DNA of 64,000 bases from NCBI GenBank assembly GCA_964016885.1, contig OZ024743.1, positions 345,402,001 through 345,466,000 on the forward strand, written 5' to 3'. Shown here piece by piece: positions 12,962 through 25,202 of this stretch; position 1 is the stretch's first letter, and each line of letters begins with the position of its first letter. The DNA comes from Eledone cirrhosa. Lineage: Eukaryota. The notes under the pieces were generated by a model. That model saw only the letters and a list, made by a program, of their open reading frames with translations, was not told the DNA's origin and ran no database searches. Made by a program: the position numbers and the translations under genes.

Positions 12962-13330
12962 GATTTCGTTATTGGCCACAAGGGCTTACATAAAGTATAA
13001 CACTAAGGTACAGCACAGGACGGTACAGGACGGTACAAATGGGCATTTCTGCGTGTAAAGAAAAAAAAAAACACAAAGAAAATGACAGAAAAGAAAGAAA
13101 GAAAAATTCCCCTATATGGGGGAGACTTCCGAGGGACACACGTGGAGAAAGCCCATTAAGCAAAGCCACGGTGACCCTGACCACCAGGGCACGTGGCCTC
13201 TCGCAGTTTTCCGCCTTCAATTTACAGGTGCATACTCAGAGCAGTTCCGTTCACTCGGGCCATGCTTGTCTCTCTCACCCATCTTTCAACAAAAGGCTAG
13301 GAAGAGAGCACTTCCCTCTCCACCCTAAGG
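12950..13330 (-). mobile_element. Second, diverged Tx1 3' fragment
   Basis: Encodes RVEREVLSS*PFVERWVRETSMARVNGTALSMHL*, homologous to the C-terminus of the long element (RVEREVLPPSTFAERWVNVARMARVSGPTLFMRL*). Same 3' terminus, cccttgtggccaataa..gaaatcattatt. Confidence 0.85.
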
Positions 13331-13362
13331 GCTATGTGTTTTGTCTTCATTACGTTTATTGA

Positions 13363-13512
13363 GTAGTGACGCGCGTTTCGCTATTAATCAGCTCAAGGTT
13401 TGATCTGTATCGATCTAACCCGACTATGGAATAAAAGGCTCGTCGAACCTCTCTTGTGGTATATGATCTGCCTGCAAAATCTACTTTGTTACATAATACT
13501 TTACAATCCCCA
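13363..13512. mobile_element. Short inverted-junction element carrying a partial hammerhead
   Basis: Minus strand 13363-13396 reads tga-gct gattaat agc-GAAA-cgcgcg-TC. The rest ends at (TA)n, and 13455-13498 matches 6131-6174 in inverted orientation. Confidence 0.45.
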
Positions 13513-14162
13513 TATATATATACATGTATATATATATATACACACATATATATATATATGTTTGTGTGGGTGTGTGTGTGTGTCTTTATGTGTGTGTGCG
13601 TGTATGTGAATGCGTGTATGTGTTTGTGTGTGTGTATTAGTGTGTGTATGTGTGTGTTTGTGTGTGTGTGTGCATGTGTGTGCATGTGTGTGTTTGTGTG
13701 ATGTGGTATAAAAAGAGAAAGGAAGAAATATTTTGCTATTATCACTAACAGGCCGCTTAAAATTACGGAGCTAACTCTTGTTTCATCGTTCAATTATTTA
13801 TCTTATATTTGAGTTACATTAGCTATATTTATGTATATAAATATATGTTTAGAGTTATATTTGAGTTATAACTAATATTTCTGTTAACTATGTAACATTT
13901 ATTTCTACAGTGTTGCATGTAGCATTTTAAATGCTCCATATGTTCTCTCATTGTTGGTATGGTTATGGTTTAGCACCAGATCAACTCTGAACAAACAGCA
14001 ATTTAATCAAAATCTTTAAAATCATTTCTATTTCGTCCTATTGTATTTCAAAAATTAAACTGCCCGATGTATCCTATCTATTTTAAGAAAGTAGTGTGTG
14101 ATTTGAACAGAATATCGCTATTAATTCTAGTAGAAGGTATAACCTCATAGGAGCTCTGTCGT

Positions 14163-14300
14163 TAGAAACCTGTGTCGGAGCGTAACAAAAAATGCATCTG
14201 TACGTAAATTGAAATGAATAACGATAATGCAATAGCATTATCGTTATTCATTTCAATTTACGTACAGATGCATTTTTTTACGCTCCGACACAGGTTTCTA
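14163..14300. repeat. Near-perfect DNA hairpin, ~67 bp arms, 4-nt loop (aata)
   Basis: tagaaacctgtgtcggagcg...gataatgc aata gcattatc...cgctccgacacaggtttcta. Confidence 0.95.
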
Positions 14301-15409
14301 TATAATATTAACTAGGTGAATAGAAGGCAAAATCAATCTGGCTGAGATTTGAATTGAAAATATAAAGTAAAGCAACTTAAGCATCGCAAGGCATTTAATA
14401 TTTTAGGCTACTGATCCTGCCGCCACAGGGCAAGATTTTATGCAGTTCAGTGTATTTAAAAAAAATACCTGTAAGCAATGATTGTCCCATAAAATTGTTA
14501 TATATCTAATTTCCCTAAATGTTTTTTCTTTTTTCACGTGTTTGTAAATAATTACTCTATATTTTGTAATAATTTAAATAACAGTAAGAACCTTTTGTAT
14601 GTTTTGAAAGAAATGCTATCATTACGTGAAGCTACTCTCTCGTAAATACGCAATATTCCATTTATATACCGAAGTATTTTTTCACGCAGCGTCATTGGCT
14701 TTCTATATAATAGGGGGTGGTAAAGGAAAGGCAAAACCTACCTTGCTGGGATTGGAATGGAGGACAGAAAAATGTGTAACTTAAACATCTCAAGATATGT
14801 AATATTTCTGCCTAGGGATTCTGCCGTTCAAGATATGTATCATGTAGATCATTAGAACTACCCCAGTATTTGACTGGTATTTCTTTTACATATCAGGGAA
14901 GGATCAACTTCAAAGCAGTCCTCGGTACATTGCCTATCGTTTAGGTTCTGTTATCGAACAACCCAAACATGAAATAATAAGCTGATTCAAGCATAAAACA
15001 TAAATCGCAAGCCATTTAGTCTTTCATATATTGATTGTGTTCATTCCCAATTCTTTATCACAAAAGTTTTGTGAGAAATTATTAGGGCAACATATAGGCA
15101 AGAGGCCGGAAAGTATCATAGAATTGTAAACTAATTTAATCCATCAGTGTATTTTACGAGTAAATCATTTCATCATCTACTGAAAGACGGGGCAAAAAAG
15201 ATTTCAGTGGATTTTGAACTGAGAACATAATGAGCCGATCCAAATAATGCAAGGCCTTTTTACATTTGTTTCAACCATTTTTGCAAGTCAACGATGTTAT
15301 AGACATAGTTTTTTTTTAAAATTGTAATTATCACAACATCAATATTAAATAAATAATGCTATCCCAGTCTCCGCCTTACCTACTCACGAAAAAAATTCTT
15401 GGGAACCTG

Positions 15410-15540
15410 GGAAAAACCGGAAGATAACATTACACACATGTAATATAGGGATAAGGTCACGTGATAAGGCAAGTTTAATGTGCGGTAGATGGCTGATATA
15501 AATGTCATAAATATTTATGAAACGGTTCCCCGCCCCAAAA
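15410..15540. promoter_or_regulatory. Candidate cis-regulatory motif cluster
   Basis: ETS ccggaag (15417), GATA / E-box / GATA overlap gataaggtcacgtgataag (15450-15468), and a GC box ccccgcccc (15528-15536), in non-repetitive-looking DNA. Confidence 0.25.
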
Positions 15541-15838
15541 TTGTTAACTTCATACTGACACGAAGGTCAGGGGAAAATACACTGAGAAGGTTGGTTTACA
15601 TAGTAATGAAATAGAGAGACAGAGAAGGAATAAGAAATCAAGCGAGATGTAGAGAGAGAGAGTATGGGTTTCAGAGTAATCTTTTATGAGCAAAATATTC
15701 TTGTCAAGTTTGTGTAAGTTGTGCTTATATATGTGCATGTATATGTAGATGGGCGTAGAGTGGTCTGTATCTGGCATACATAATCGCACAAACAAATACA
15801 AAAACACACACACACAAACGCACATGCAAACACACGCG

Positions 15839-15871
<33 letters not shown>

Positions 15872-15916
15872 TTATTTATGTATGTGTGTATAAATACACA
15901 CACACTCACACACATA

Positions 15917-15958
<42 letters not shown>

Positions 15959-15960
15959 TA

Positions 15961-16016
<56 letters not shown>

Positions 16017-16123
16017 GCTGAACTATTTCTATACATATGTGTATCTTATTACATATGCACGTGTTTTATTTAACTTACTTCTCTCTCACTCTCTCTGTCT
16101 CTCCCTCTCTCTGTATGTATATA

Positions 16124-16154
<31 letters not shown>

Positions 16155-16260
16155 GTGTGTATGTATGTATATATATATATATATAGTGTGTGTATTCACA
16201 TAAAAAATAGTCGCACATACACATATATATGCATACATACTTATGCATGTACACATGTAC

Positions 16261-16379
<119 letters not shown>

Positions 16380-16917
16380 TCGTGTATCTGCTTGAAGAGT
16401 GTATGAGCATATGCGTGTCCAGACATGTGTGCATTTGTATGAGTTTAAATGCCTGTAAATCACTATATGGGGGTCAGAAATATGTGTGTAAATTTCGGTG
16501 TAGATGGCGGCTGGTTTGTTGGGTGTGTATAGTGATATATATAGAGAGTTATACGTAAGGGTGCGGCTATATATGTATGCACGTGTACGAGTTTTTGTTT
16601 GCCTATATGGGTGTGCATATAAATTGTACTTAAAGATTTTGGGGGCTTAGGGTAGTTGCATATGTGTATGTGCGTGCATGTATTATGAGTGTGTTATGCA
16701 GTTTGTGTATGGATTTACGTGCGCGCGCCTGTGAAATTGAGATTGTGTGTGTGTGTGTATCTGTGTACGTGTGTGTATGTGTGCGTGTGTGTGTGTGTCT
16801 GTGTCTATTCTGGATGTATCAGTGGTATAATTGCGTGGGAAACAAATGTCTTTTGCTGTTCACATCAGCTAATATCTCTTTATATTGCAATTATTTAAAA
16901 TACGCAACAGTAATAAT

Positions 16918-16961
<44 letters not shown>

Positions 16962-17370
16962 AGGCAACATCACCAAATGTAATAACAACAATAACAACTA
17001 TAATATGCACCACAACAGTAAAAATAACAGCATATAACCTCGAAAAGAACAATAACGAAAATGAATGCTAAAATAGTGCCCAGAATAACATTAGTTAGAG
17101 TGATAATAACAACAGTAATAAAGCGCAACAATGATAAATAACAACAATAGTATTGCTAACAATATGTGTTCTCAAGGAAATCTCTTCTTAGCCTGTTTAT
17201 ATACTTGAAACAGAAGCTAAATCTCCCTTAAATCACTATTTAACTTCTGAAAATATCACACATTGGCTAATGATAGTATGGTCCGCGATTACTTGCACAT
17301 AAGAATAGACGGGATGGTCATAGTTGGAATACTTTTGACAATTTCTCATCTCAATTGATCAAGAGATAAA

Positions 17371-17712
17371 TAATTGTTTCTACTTTTGGCACAAGGCCAG
17401 CAATTATTCCAGTGTATTACTGGTACTTTATTTAATCGACCTCGTAAGGATGAAAGACAAAGTTAACCTCGGCGGGATTTGAACTCAGATCATAAAGAAT
17501 CGTAACTCTATGGTGTCCGACCCTCTACCGATATTGCCAATAAAATAATAATTGTTTCTGGCAATAAAATCATGATGATTTTACTATTGGCACAATGCCA
17601 GCAATTTTGGGGCAAGGGCCGTAACTCTATGCTTGGCGTCCGACCCTCTACCGATACTGCCAATCAACTATAAAGGGATAAATAATGGTTTCTGATTTAG
17701 GCACAAGGCCAG
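17371..17712 (-). mobile_element. tRNA-derived Nin/Deu-type SINE cluster (one near-complete copy, two partial)
   Basis: Reverse complement of the A box tggcagtatcgg, the B box gagttcaaatccc and the body ttgcctttcatccttacggggtcgataaaataaagtaccagt. Confidence 0.85.
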
Positions 17713-18327
17713 CTCTAGAGATAAATATTAACAATCTCTACCACAACTGCCACCACATAGTCAAACTGGAGTCAACACACTTTTCAAAGCCTCCTATACT
17801 GATAAGGGAGAAGAAGGAGTATGCTTTTAAACCGGATATCTGGTTCGAATTGTTGTAGCAGAGTGAGCCCCGCTAAAATCTATAAAGATCATTGTGAAGA
17901 GTTTTGACCGGGTGAATGAATATATCTACCACCCAAATAGGCCAGAACATAGAGCGGAACATATATCACAGAGGTCGGATAAGTACTTTATTTTCTGGAC
18001 TCAGAAGGAATCAAAGGCAAAGTAGAGAACTGGAATAAACAAAAGTGAAAACAAAATAACAGCCACTCTCCCTCAAATCTTCAACATTACACACTAATCA
18101 CCTCCCACACATACACATGTCAATATCTCCAAACTTCGTGCTGGATACTGCAGCATAATTGATAAGTATAAAAGAAGAGTTATCACAATATGGCCGACTT
18201 CACTTTGACCCCATTTTGTTTTGGCTACATGTAAATATCTAGATTAACATATATGAACACCCTCTATGTTGTAAAAAATTCAAAATGCCTGGTCTGTAAC
18301 ATTGCACCTTCCTCTGCCTGATGGACA

Positions 18328-18718
18328 GTATAAACAAACGAATATAAACACACACAGACACCCGGATGTGGCGCATGCGCAGACTGAGCACACAACACAC
18401 ACACAGAAACAAGATGGCGTAGGACAGAACAAAGGAGAGGCAAAAAAAATAAGAAAAGAATCCCCAGTCACTGAAGAGGTCACAGAATGTGTGACGAAAG
18501 AACTTTTACAAGATATAAACACCCATCTGGTTGTGGAACCAACCAACCAACCGGAAATTTATAAATTCCTAAATTTATAAATTTATTATAATAAATTGAA
18601 GTGAAAGCAACTGGTGCATGTGTTTCTTATTGGCAACATGACCTTCCCAAAGTATAACAATATCGGTTTCAACACACGTTTTCAGATAAAGAATCTTGCT
18701 AAACAAATTCAGAAACGA

Positions 18719-18721
<3 letters not shown>
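18328..18721 (+). mobile_element. Penelope-like element 3' end / pseudo-LTR (diverged copy A)
   Basis: Homologous to ~21310-21653 and, inverted, to 18788-19185. Ends ...ttcagaaacga before (TA)n. Confidence 0.85.
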
Positions 18722-18791
<70 letters not shown>

Positions 18792-19786
18792 TTTCTGAAT
18801 TTGTTTAGCAAGATTCTTTATCTGAAATCGTGTGTTGAAACCGATATTGTTATACTTTGGGAGGGTTATGTTGCCAATAAGAAAGAAACACACGCACCAG
18901 TTGCTTTCACTTCAATTTATTATATATTTATAAATTTACAAATTTATAAATTTCTGGTTGGTTGGTTGGTTCCACAACCAGATAGTTGTTTATATATAGT
19001 CAAAGTTCTTTCGTCACACACTATGTGACCTCTTCAGTGACTGGGGATTCCTTTCTTTGTTTCTGTGCCTCTCCTTTGTTCTGTCCTACGCCATTTTGTT
19101 TCTGTGTGTGTGTTGTGTGCTCAGTCTGCGCATGCGCCACATCCGGGTGTCTGTGTGTGTTTATGTTCATTTATCTATTTGTTTATTTACATGTTACTGG
19201 TTGGTTGTTAGTTCTATGTGTGTGTGTGTTTTCATTTTGTCCTTAATTGTAAATTGTGATATTGCTGTTCCACTCATATTTTCTATTTAATTTTGGTTGT
19301 AATTCTTTTATGTTTATTGCCTCTGTAATTTGTCTAAACATTGCGTCTTTTCTGTGTGTAGAATCTATTTTTATTTCTATGTTCTCTAATTTACCCTTGT
19401 GTTCTATCTTAGCATGTTGGTAGAGTACAGATGATTCTTTATTATCTTGAAGGTCTCGCCAGTGTTAATTTTTCCGTTCCCCTACACTACGAGCTGTCTC
19501 ACCTATGTACACTATATTTTTGTCTCTACATTGTCCTTCAGTACATCTTATGCTATACACTACATTTCTAGTTTTACAGTTAATATGGGGGCTTATTTTA
19601 CAGGTTACACATTTCTTATCTATACATGAGGGTCTTTGAAAAGGGTATGTCTTGCTAATAAGTGTTTTTACGGAGGTACCTGGTCTTTCTACTATCTTAA
19701 TATTGAGTTTATGTTTATTTAGGGCCCTTCTAAATTTGTAAGCTAGTTCACCTCTAGGGGTTGTGTGCCTCTTGCTAGTTTTGTAG

Positions 19787-21255
19787 AGACCAGCAAGAGG
19801 CAGACAACCTACCATTACCTCAATGGCCAAGAAAACCCACACAGATAGATGGAACGGGTGGACCAGAGCCATACGGACACCCGAAAACCACGATGAACTG
19901 AAGAAAATGATTGCACATGAGGTAGGGGCCAGCATAAAACTAACCCTTAAGGAACATATGTTCAAATTTAATGGAAAAACATATGCCCAAGAGGAAGAAC
20001 AGCCATTGGTGTTAGCATTGCAGGCGACATAGCTAACTTATTCATGGTATGGTGGGACAGTAGACTTAAACTTAAACTTAAAGAACAATTAGAAGACCCC
20101 TTAAACCTGATAATGTACTCCCGCTACGTAGATGATATAAACATCGTAGTTAAGACACCCCCACTGGAGAACAGTCAGGAACTAGAGAAAAACACAATGA
20201 AAAGCATCCAGCAAATAGCAAACTCCATCCACCAGAGCATTAGAGTTACTATAGACTACCCAAGTAAACACCCCAACCATCGATTACCTGTACTAGACAC
20301 AGAGCTCTGGTTAGATACCATTAACAACAAAAAACAAATCCTCCATTCCCATTATGCCAAACCCATGACTTCCAAACATCTGATCCACCTAAACTCAGCT
20401 GTTTCGGACCACACCAAAATCAACATACTGATTGCGGATTTGGTACGAGTGATGAGAAACGTGTCCCGCGTGTGCAAGCCCAAAGAACTAGAGAGACACA
20501 TACAACACTTCATCCACCGTATGCAGTTCTCTGGTTACAATCAGAGAGATAAGATCAGTGTATATAGAGGAGCCAGAACCAAATGGGAAAAAAATGGTAA
20601 ATAATGATACAAATGGGACCTGCCCCTTGTATAGGAGCAAATTTTGGAATAGAATAGAAAGAACTAGGAATAAGGTTAATAGAATAAACTCATGGTATGA
20701 TAGCAATAAATACCAGAGTGTAATGTTCATCGATACAACCCCTAGAGGTGAACTAGCTTACAAATTTAGAAGGGCCCTAAATAAACATAAACTCAATATT
20801 AAGATAGTAGAAAGACCAGGTACCTCCGTAAAAACACTTATTAGCAAGACATACCCTTTTCAAAGACCCTCATGTATAGATAAGAAATGTGTAACTTGTA
20901 AAATAAGCCCCCATATTAACTGTAAAACTAGAAATGTAGTGTATAGCATAAGATGTACTGAAGGACAATGTAGAGACAAAAATATAGTGTACATAGGTGA
21001 GACAGCTCGTAGTGTAGGTGAACGGATAAATTAACACTGGCGAGACCTTCAAGATAATAAAGAATCATCTGTACTCTACCAACATGCTAAGATAGAACAC
21101 AAGGGTAAATTAGAGAACATAGAAATAAAAATAGAATCTACACACAGAAAAGACGCAATGTTTAGACAAATTACAGAGGCAATAAACATAAAAGAATTAC
21201 AACCAAAATTAAATAGAAAATATGAGTGGAACAGCAACATCACAACTTACAATTA
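19787..21255 (+). pseudogene. Penelope-like RT (partial) + CxxxxCxxC linker + GIY-YIG endonuclease
   Basis: GRQPTITS, FKFNGKTYAQ..AIGVSIAGDIANLFMVWWD, RYVDDI, LPVLD, CIDKKCVTC, CKTRNVVYSIRC..YIGETARS, RQITEA..PKLNRKYEW. Two frameshifts and a TAA at 21032. Confidence 0.9.
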
Positions 21256-21456
21256 AGGACAAAATGAAAACACACACACACATAGAACAAACAACCAACC
21301 AGTAACATGTAAATAAACAAATAGATAAATAAACATAAACACACACAGACACCCGGATGTGGCGCATGCGCAGACTGAGCACACAACACACACACAGAAA
21401 CAAAATGGCGTAGGACAGAACAAAGGAGAGGCACAGAAACAAAGAAAGGAATCCCC

Positions 21457-21501
21457 AGTCACTGAAGAGGTCACATAGTGTGTGACGAAAGAATTTTGAC
21501 T
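21457..21501 (+). ncRNA. Minimal hammerhead motif in the Penelope pseudo-LTR (further copies at ~18466-18510 plus and ~18998-19042 minus)
   Basis: agtca-CTGAAGA-ggtcaca tagtg tgtgac-GAAA-gaa(t/c)-TT-tgact. Confidence 0.6.
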
Positions 21502-21647
21502 ATATATAAACAACTATCTGGTTGTGGAACCAACCAACCAACCAGAAATTTATAAATTTGTAAATTTATAAATATATAATAAATTGAAGTGAAAGCAACT
21601 GGTACGTGTGTTTCTTTCTTATTGGCAACATGACCCTCCCAAAGTAT

Positions 21648-21678
<31 letters not shown>

Positions 21679-21929
21679 CAAACATACAAAAGACATTCAA
21701 CGTAATATATAGACAAATCTAAAACGTTATAAAAATGTTGAAAGTTTTAAAACATTGAATATATATATTTATATATATATATATATATACATGCATATAC
21801 ATTTATACATACAAGCACACACATACACACATATATGCACACACAATGACATCCACACATACAAATATACGTATATTTATACAAAGGCATGCATATATAC
21901 ATACAGATATAAATATGAATATAATATAG

Positions 21930-22120
21930 GGCGGCCACCACAGTACATAAAGGTACTCAATACGTTAATAGAATATAATTATATTCATTTTATTATAGAA
22001 ATAACTTCTACTGCACTAGAGCTGTTTCTTTCATACATCAAGACATTCATCATCAAGACTTTCCAGATGATTTCTCACAAATGAAATAGTTCCAGTCCTG
22101 TAGAAGTCATTTCTATAATA
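21930..22120. mobile_element. Fold-back hammerhead element, family A (diverged copy)
   Basis: Tail ccacagta..aaggtactcaatacg plus an inverted pair of cttcta..tagagctgtttc / gatgatttctcacaaatgaaatagttccagtcctgtagaag. Confidence 0.7.
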
Positions 22121-22306
22121 TAATTGTTTCTACTTTTGGCACAAGGTCAGCAATTATCCCAGTGCATTACTGGTACTTTATTTTATCGACCCCGTAAGGA
22201 TGAAAGGCAAGGTTAACCTCGGCGGGATTTGAACTCAGGCTGTAAAGGGACGTAACTATGCTGGAAAGCATGGCGTCCGACCCTCTACCGATACTGCCAA
22301 TCCACC
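22121..22306 (-). mobile_element. Nin/Deu-type SINE, short form
   Basis: Full head, body and tail match to the other copies. Confidence 0.9.
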
Positions 22307-22308
22307 AA

Positions 22309-22419
<111 letters not shown>

Positions 22420-22818
22420 TGTGCGTGTTTATCTGTGTATATGTGTACCTGTTTGTGTCTATGTTTGGACAGATATGTTGACCACATCAATCAGATATAC
22501 TTCATGCTCTAGAAAAACACCAATCGCGGTGATGTCGGAAAGTTTTCGCTAAACAACAATGAAAATTACTGAAATTATCAGGAGGAATTTAACTGAATTA
22601 ATATTGCCTGAAACTGTAAAGAATTAAGGATTTTCAAAGATTACATAGCAATAAAACTGTGGTAAGCAGCTTTTAGAATCGTCAACTTAGCAAATATATT
22701 GGCAAAAGGACATCTGAGGCGATGTGTGTCTGTGTGTGTATGCTTCTACGCGTAAATATATATACATAAATATGTGTGTAAATATATATAGATAGATAAA
22801 TATACTACACAGACACAC

Positions 22819-22873
<55 letters not shown>

Positions 22874-22926
22874 AATATATATATATATATATACATTTAT
22901 ACATATATACATATATATATACATAT

Positions 22927-22962
<36 letters not shown>

Positions 22963-23008
22963 TTATACATATATACATATATATATATTATAATATATAT
23001 ATATTTGC

Positions 23009-23059
<51 letters not shown>

Positions 23060-23132
23060 TGTGTCTGTGTGTGTGTGTGTGTATGTGTGTGTGTGTGTGT
23101 GTGCATATATATATGTGTGTGTATGTGTGTAT

Positions 23133-23205
<73 letters not shown>

Positions 23206-23723
23206 TACAGTGAAAGAGAAAGCGAAAGAGAAAAGGGCTTATTTAACGAAAGAATATAAAAGAGTTGGAGAAGAGAGGGGGGAGAAGAAGGGGGGGGGGG
23301 GTGCAGTATCAATCTGGTAAAGATCAAAGGAGTTGGTCTAAAGTGATGCTGAGAAAATTCTTAACTAAGGCTGGGAATTACTCTGAAAACGATATTGATA
23401 GGCTATTGAACTAACAACAAGGATGGCGTTGGGGAAACTGCTTGGTCTCCACTTGTCTTGATCTCGTCAAAACTGGCCTTGAGTGGACATGAATGGACTT
23501 CAATACACTCTTACTGTACTCTTCTTTGGTGCTCTAAATGATTGTTGAGTGCTGATGTGTTTCTGGGGTAATTTTATAAAATATATTGATATAAAACGAT
23601 CTTTGGTAACGTCTGGATGAAATTATTTATCTATGTATGTATATAGCTATCTATTTATTTTATTTATCTATTTATCTATCTATCAGTCAGTCTATGCTAT
23701 CTCATATATACTTATGCATAGGC

Positions 23724-23770
<47 letters not shown>

Positions 23771-23802
23771 AGAGAGAGAGAGAGAGAGGAGAGAGAGATA
23801 TA

Positions 23803-23915
23803 ACAACAAACAAAGAAGGTGCAGTAAAATTCCAGGTGAACTATATCGTACCACAGTACTCAATACTTGGTGTAGTAAAGAGGGTAATAGGAAAAGTGTC
23901 AGGATTCTTTTCCTA
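23803..23915 (-). mobile_element. Family B tail with a small terminal hairpin
   Basis: ccaggtgaactatatcgtaccacagtactcaatacttgg..gggtaataggaaaag..cttttccta, then (TA)n. Confidence 0.6.
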
Positions 23916-23932
23916 TATATATATATATATAT

Positions 23933-24045
<113 letters not shown>

Positions 24046-24229
24046 GAATATGAATATAAATATGACTGGAACAGGTAAAAGAGTATATATGAGTGTGTGT
24101 GTGTGTGTATGCCTGCGTGTATGTGCGTGTATGTATGTGTGCATGTATCTATGCTATAATGTATGAGTGTATCCGTGTGTGTTTTTAGAATTATCAATAT
24201 TAAATTATTAGCTCTACATAATTAACCTG

Positions 24230-24850
24230 TTTTACATCCATTAACGTATGATCTGTTTTGTTCTTGGATTTTCTACTTGCTGTCAAACGTAGTATCTTGG
24301 TAATTTTGTAATATTCGTCTTCACTCTTTATTGGGTAGTTGAAGTAATGCTGCTCATATCCCCTTTCCATAATTTTTATTTACACTCAGTATTGTGGCCA
24401 GGTTTAATAGAACTTATTTTTGCTCTATAGACACATCCCTCAATTGCGTTAATACTCGTGCATACTCTTGCTGTATTCTATATTTCAAGTTTGGGATACA
24501 GCAGTAATTCACTTTTAAACAGTTCTTGCTTAAAATACCGCTACGAGATATTTCTACTGTTTAAAAGTAATTCCTCGCGGTATTTAATGGGCAAATGCTT
24601 ATCTTCCAGGGTTAGGAAATTTCTGACAATATACAGTTTAAAGACATAGGAGAATGATTAGAAAGTAGAGGATTGAATGTAATCAAGCCCGATAGCAACA
24701 TTAGCATTATTGGTATGTGTAGCTGCCCGGTATAAGATTTCTTTGATAGATGAGAATGGCCGTGCTTACCTTAACTGGCTAGTTTATGTAAAAACAATGG
24801 ATGAGTTGCAGAAACTGGTATTAATGTAATGCAACTTCTTATGGGATTTA
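24230..24850 (-). pseudogene. Old Penelope-like relic (linker and GIY-YIG region)
   Basis: Fragments VRNFLTLEDKHLP, ILSKNCLKVNYCCIPNL and GCVYRAKI resemble the PLE pattern FLxLxDKHFP...FNxNxxKxSYSCxxN...VYxA. Confidence 0.5.
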
Positions 24851-24867
24851 TTATTTGTACCTACTTA

Positions 24868-25090
24868 GGGCGGTGGATTGGCAGTATCGGTAGAGAGTTG
24901 GACACCATGGTTTGCAGCATAGAGTTACGGTCCTTTACGGTCTGAGTTCAAATCCCGACGTGGTTAACTTTGCCTTTCATCCTTACGGGGTCGATAAAAT
25001 AAAGCATCAGTAACGTACTCGGGTCGATTTAATCGATTTTCCCCTCCCCCCAAATTACTGACCTTGTGCGTATACTAGAAATCATTATTT
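24868..25090 (+). mobile_element. Nin/Deu-type SINE, long form, with ~18 bp target-site duplication
   Basis: A and B boxes present; flanks attatttgtacctactta (24850) and attatttgtatctactta (25084). Confidence 0.9.
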
Positions 25091-25202
25091 GTATCTACTT
25101 AAAATGACGAAGCCGTCTAAGGTATGTAACAGTCTGAAATATATTTTTAATAATGATTTTTATACGTATTTCTTAATAATGGGTTTTATACGTATGTCTT
25201 AA

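Larger units (their letters stand above)
18788..21653. mobile_element. Penelope-like retroelement (Naiad-like) with inverted arm
   Basis: 18788-19764 is an inverted copy of 20735-21653 plus an extra ~58-nt tail. The plus arm carries RT and GIY-YIG. (TA)n lies on both sides. Confidence 0.92.

Noticed and set aside
19787-21255. Possible selenoprotein-encoding Naiad (in-frame UGA at Cys positions)
   Set aside because: The visible linker and endonuclease cysteines are TGT codons. The interruptions are TAA and frameshifts, not TGA.
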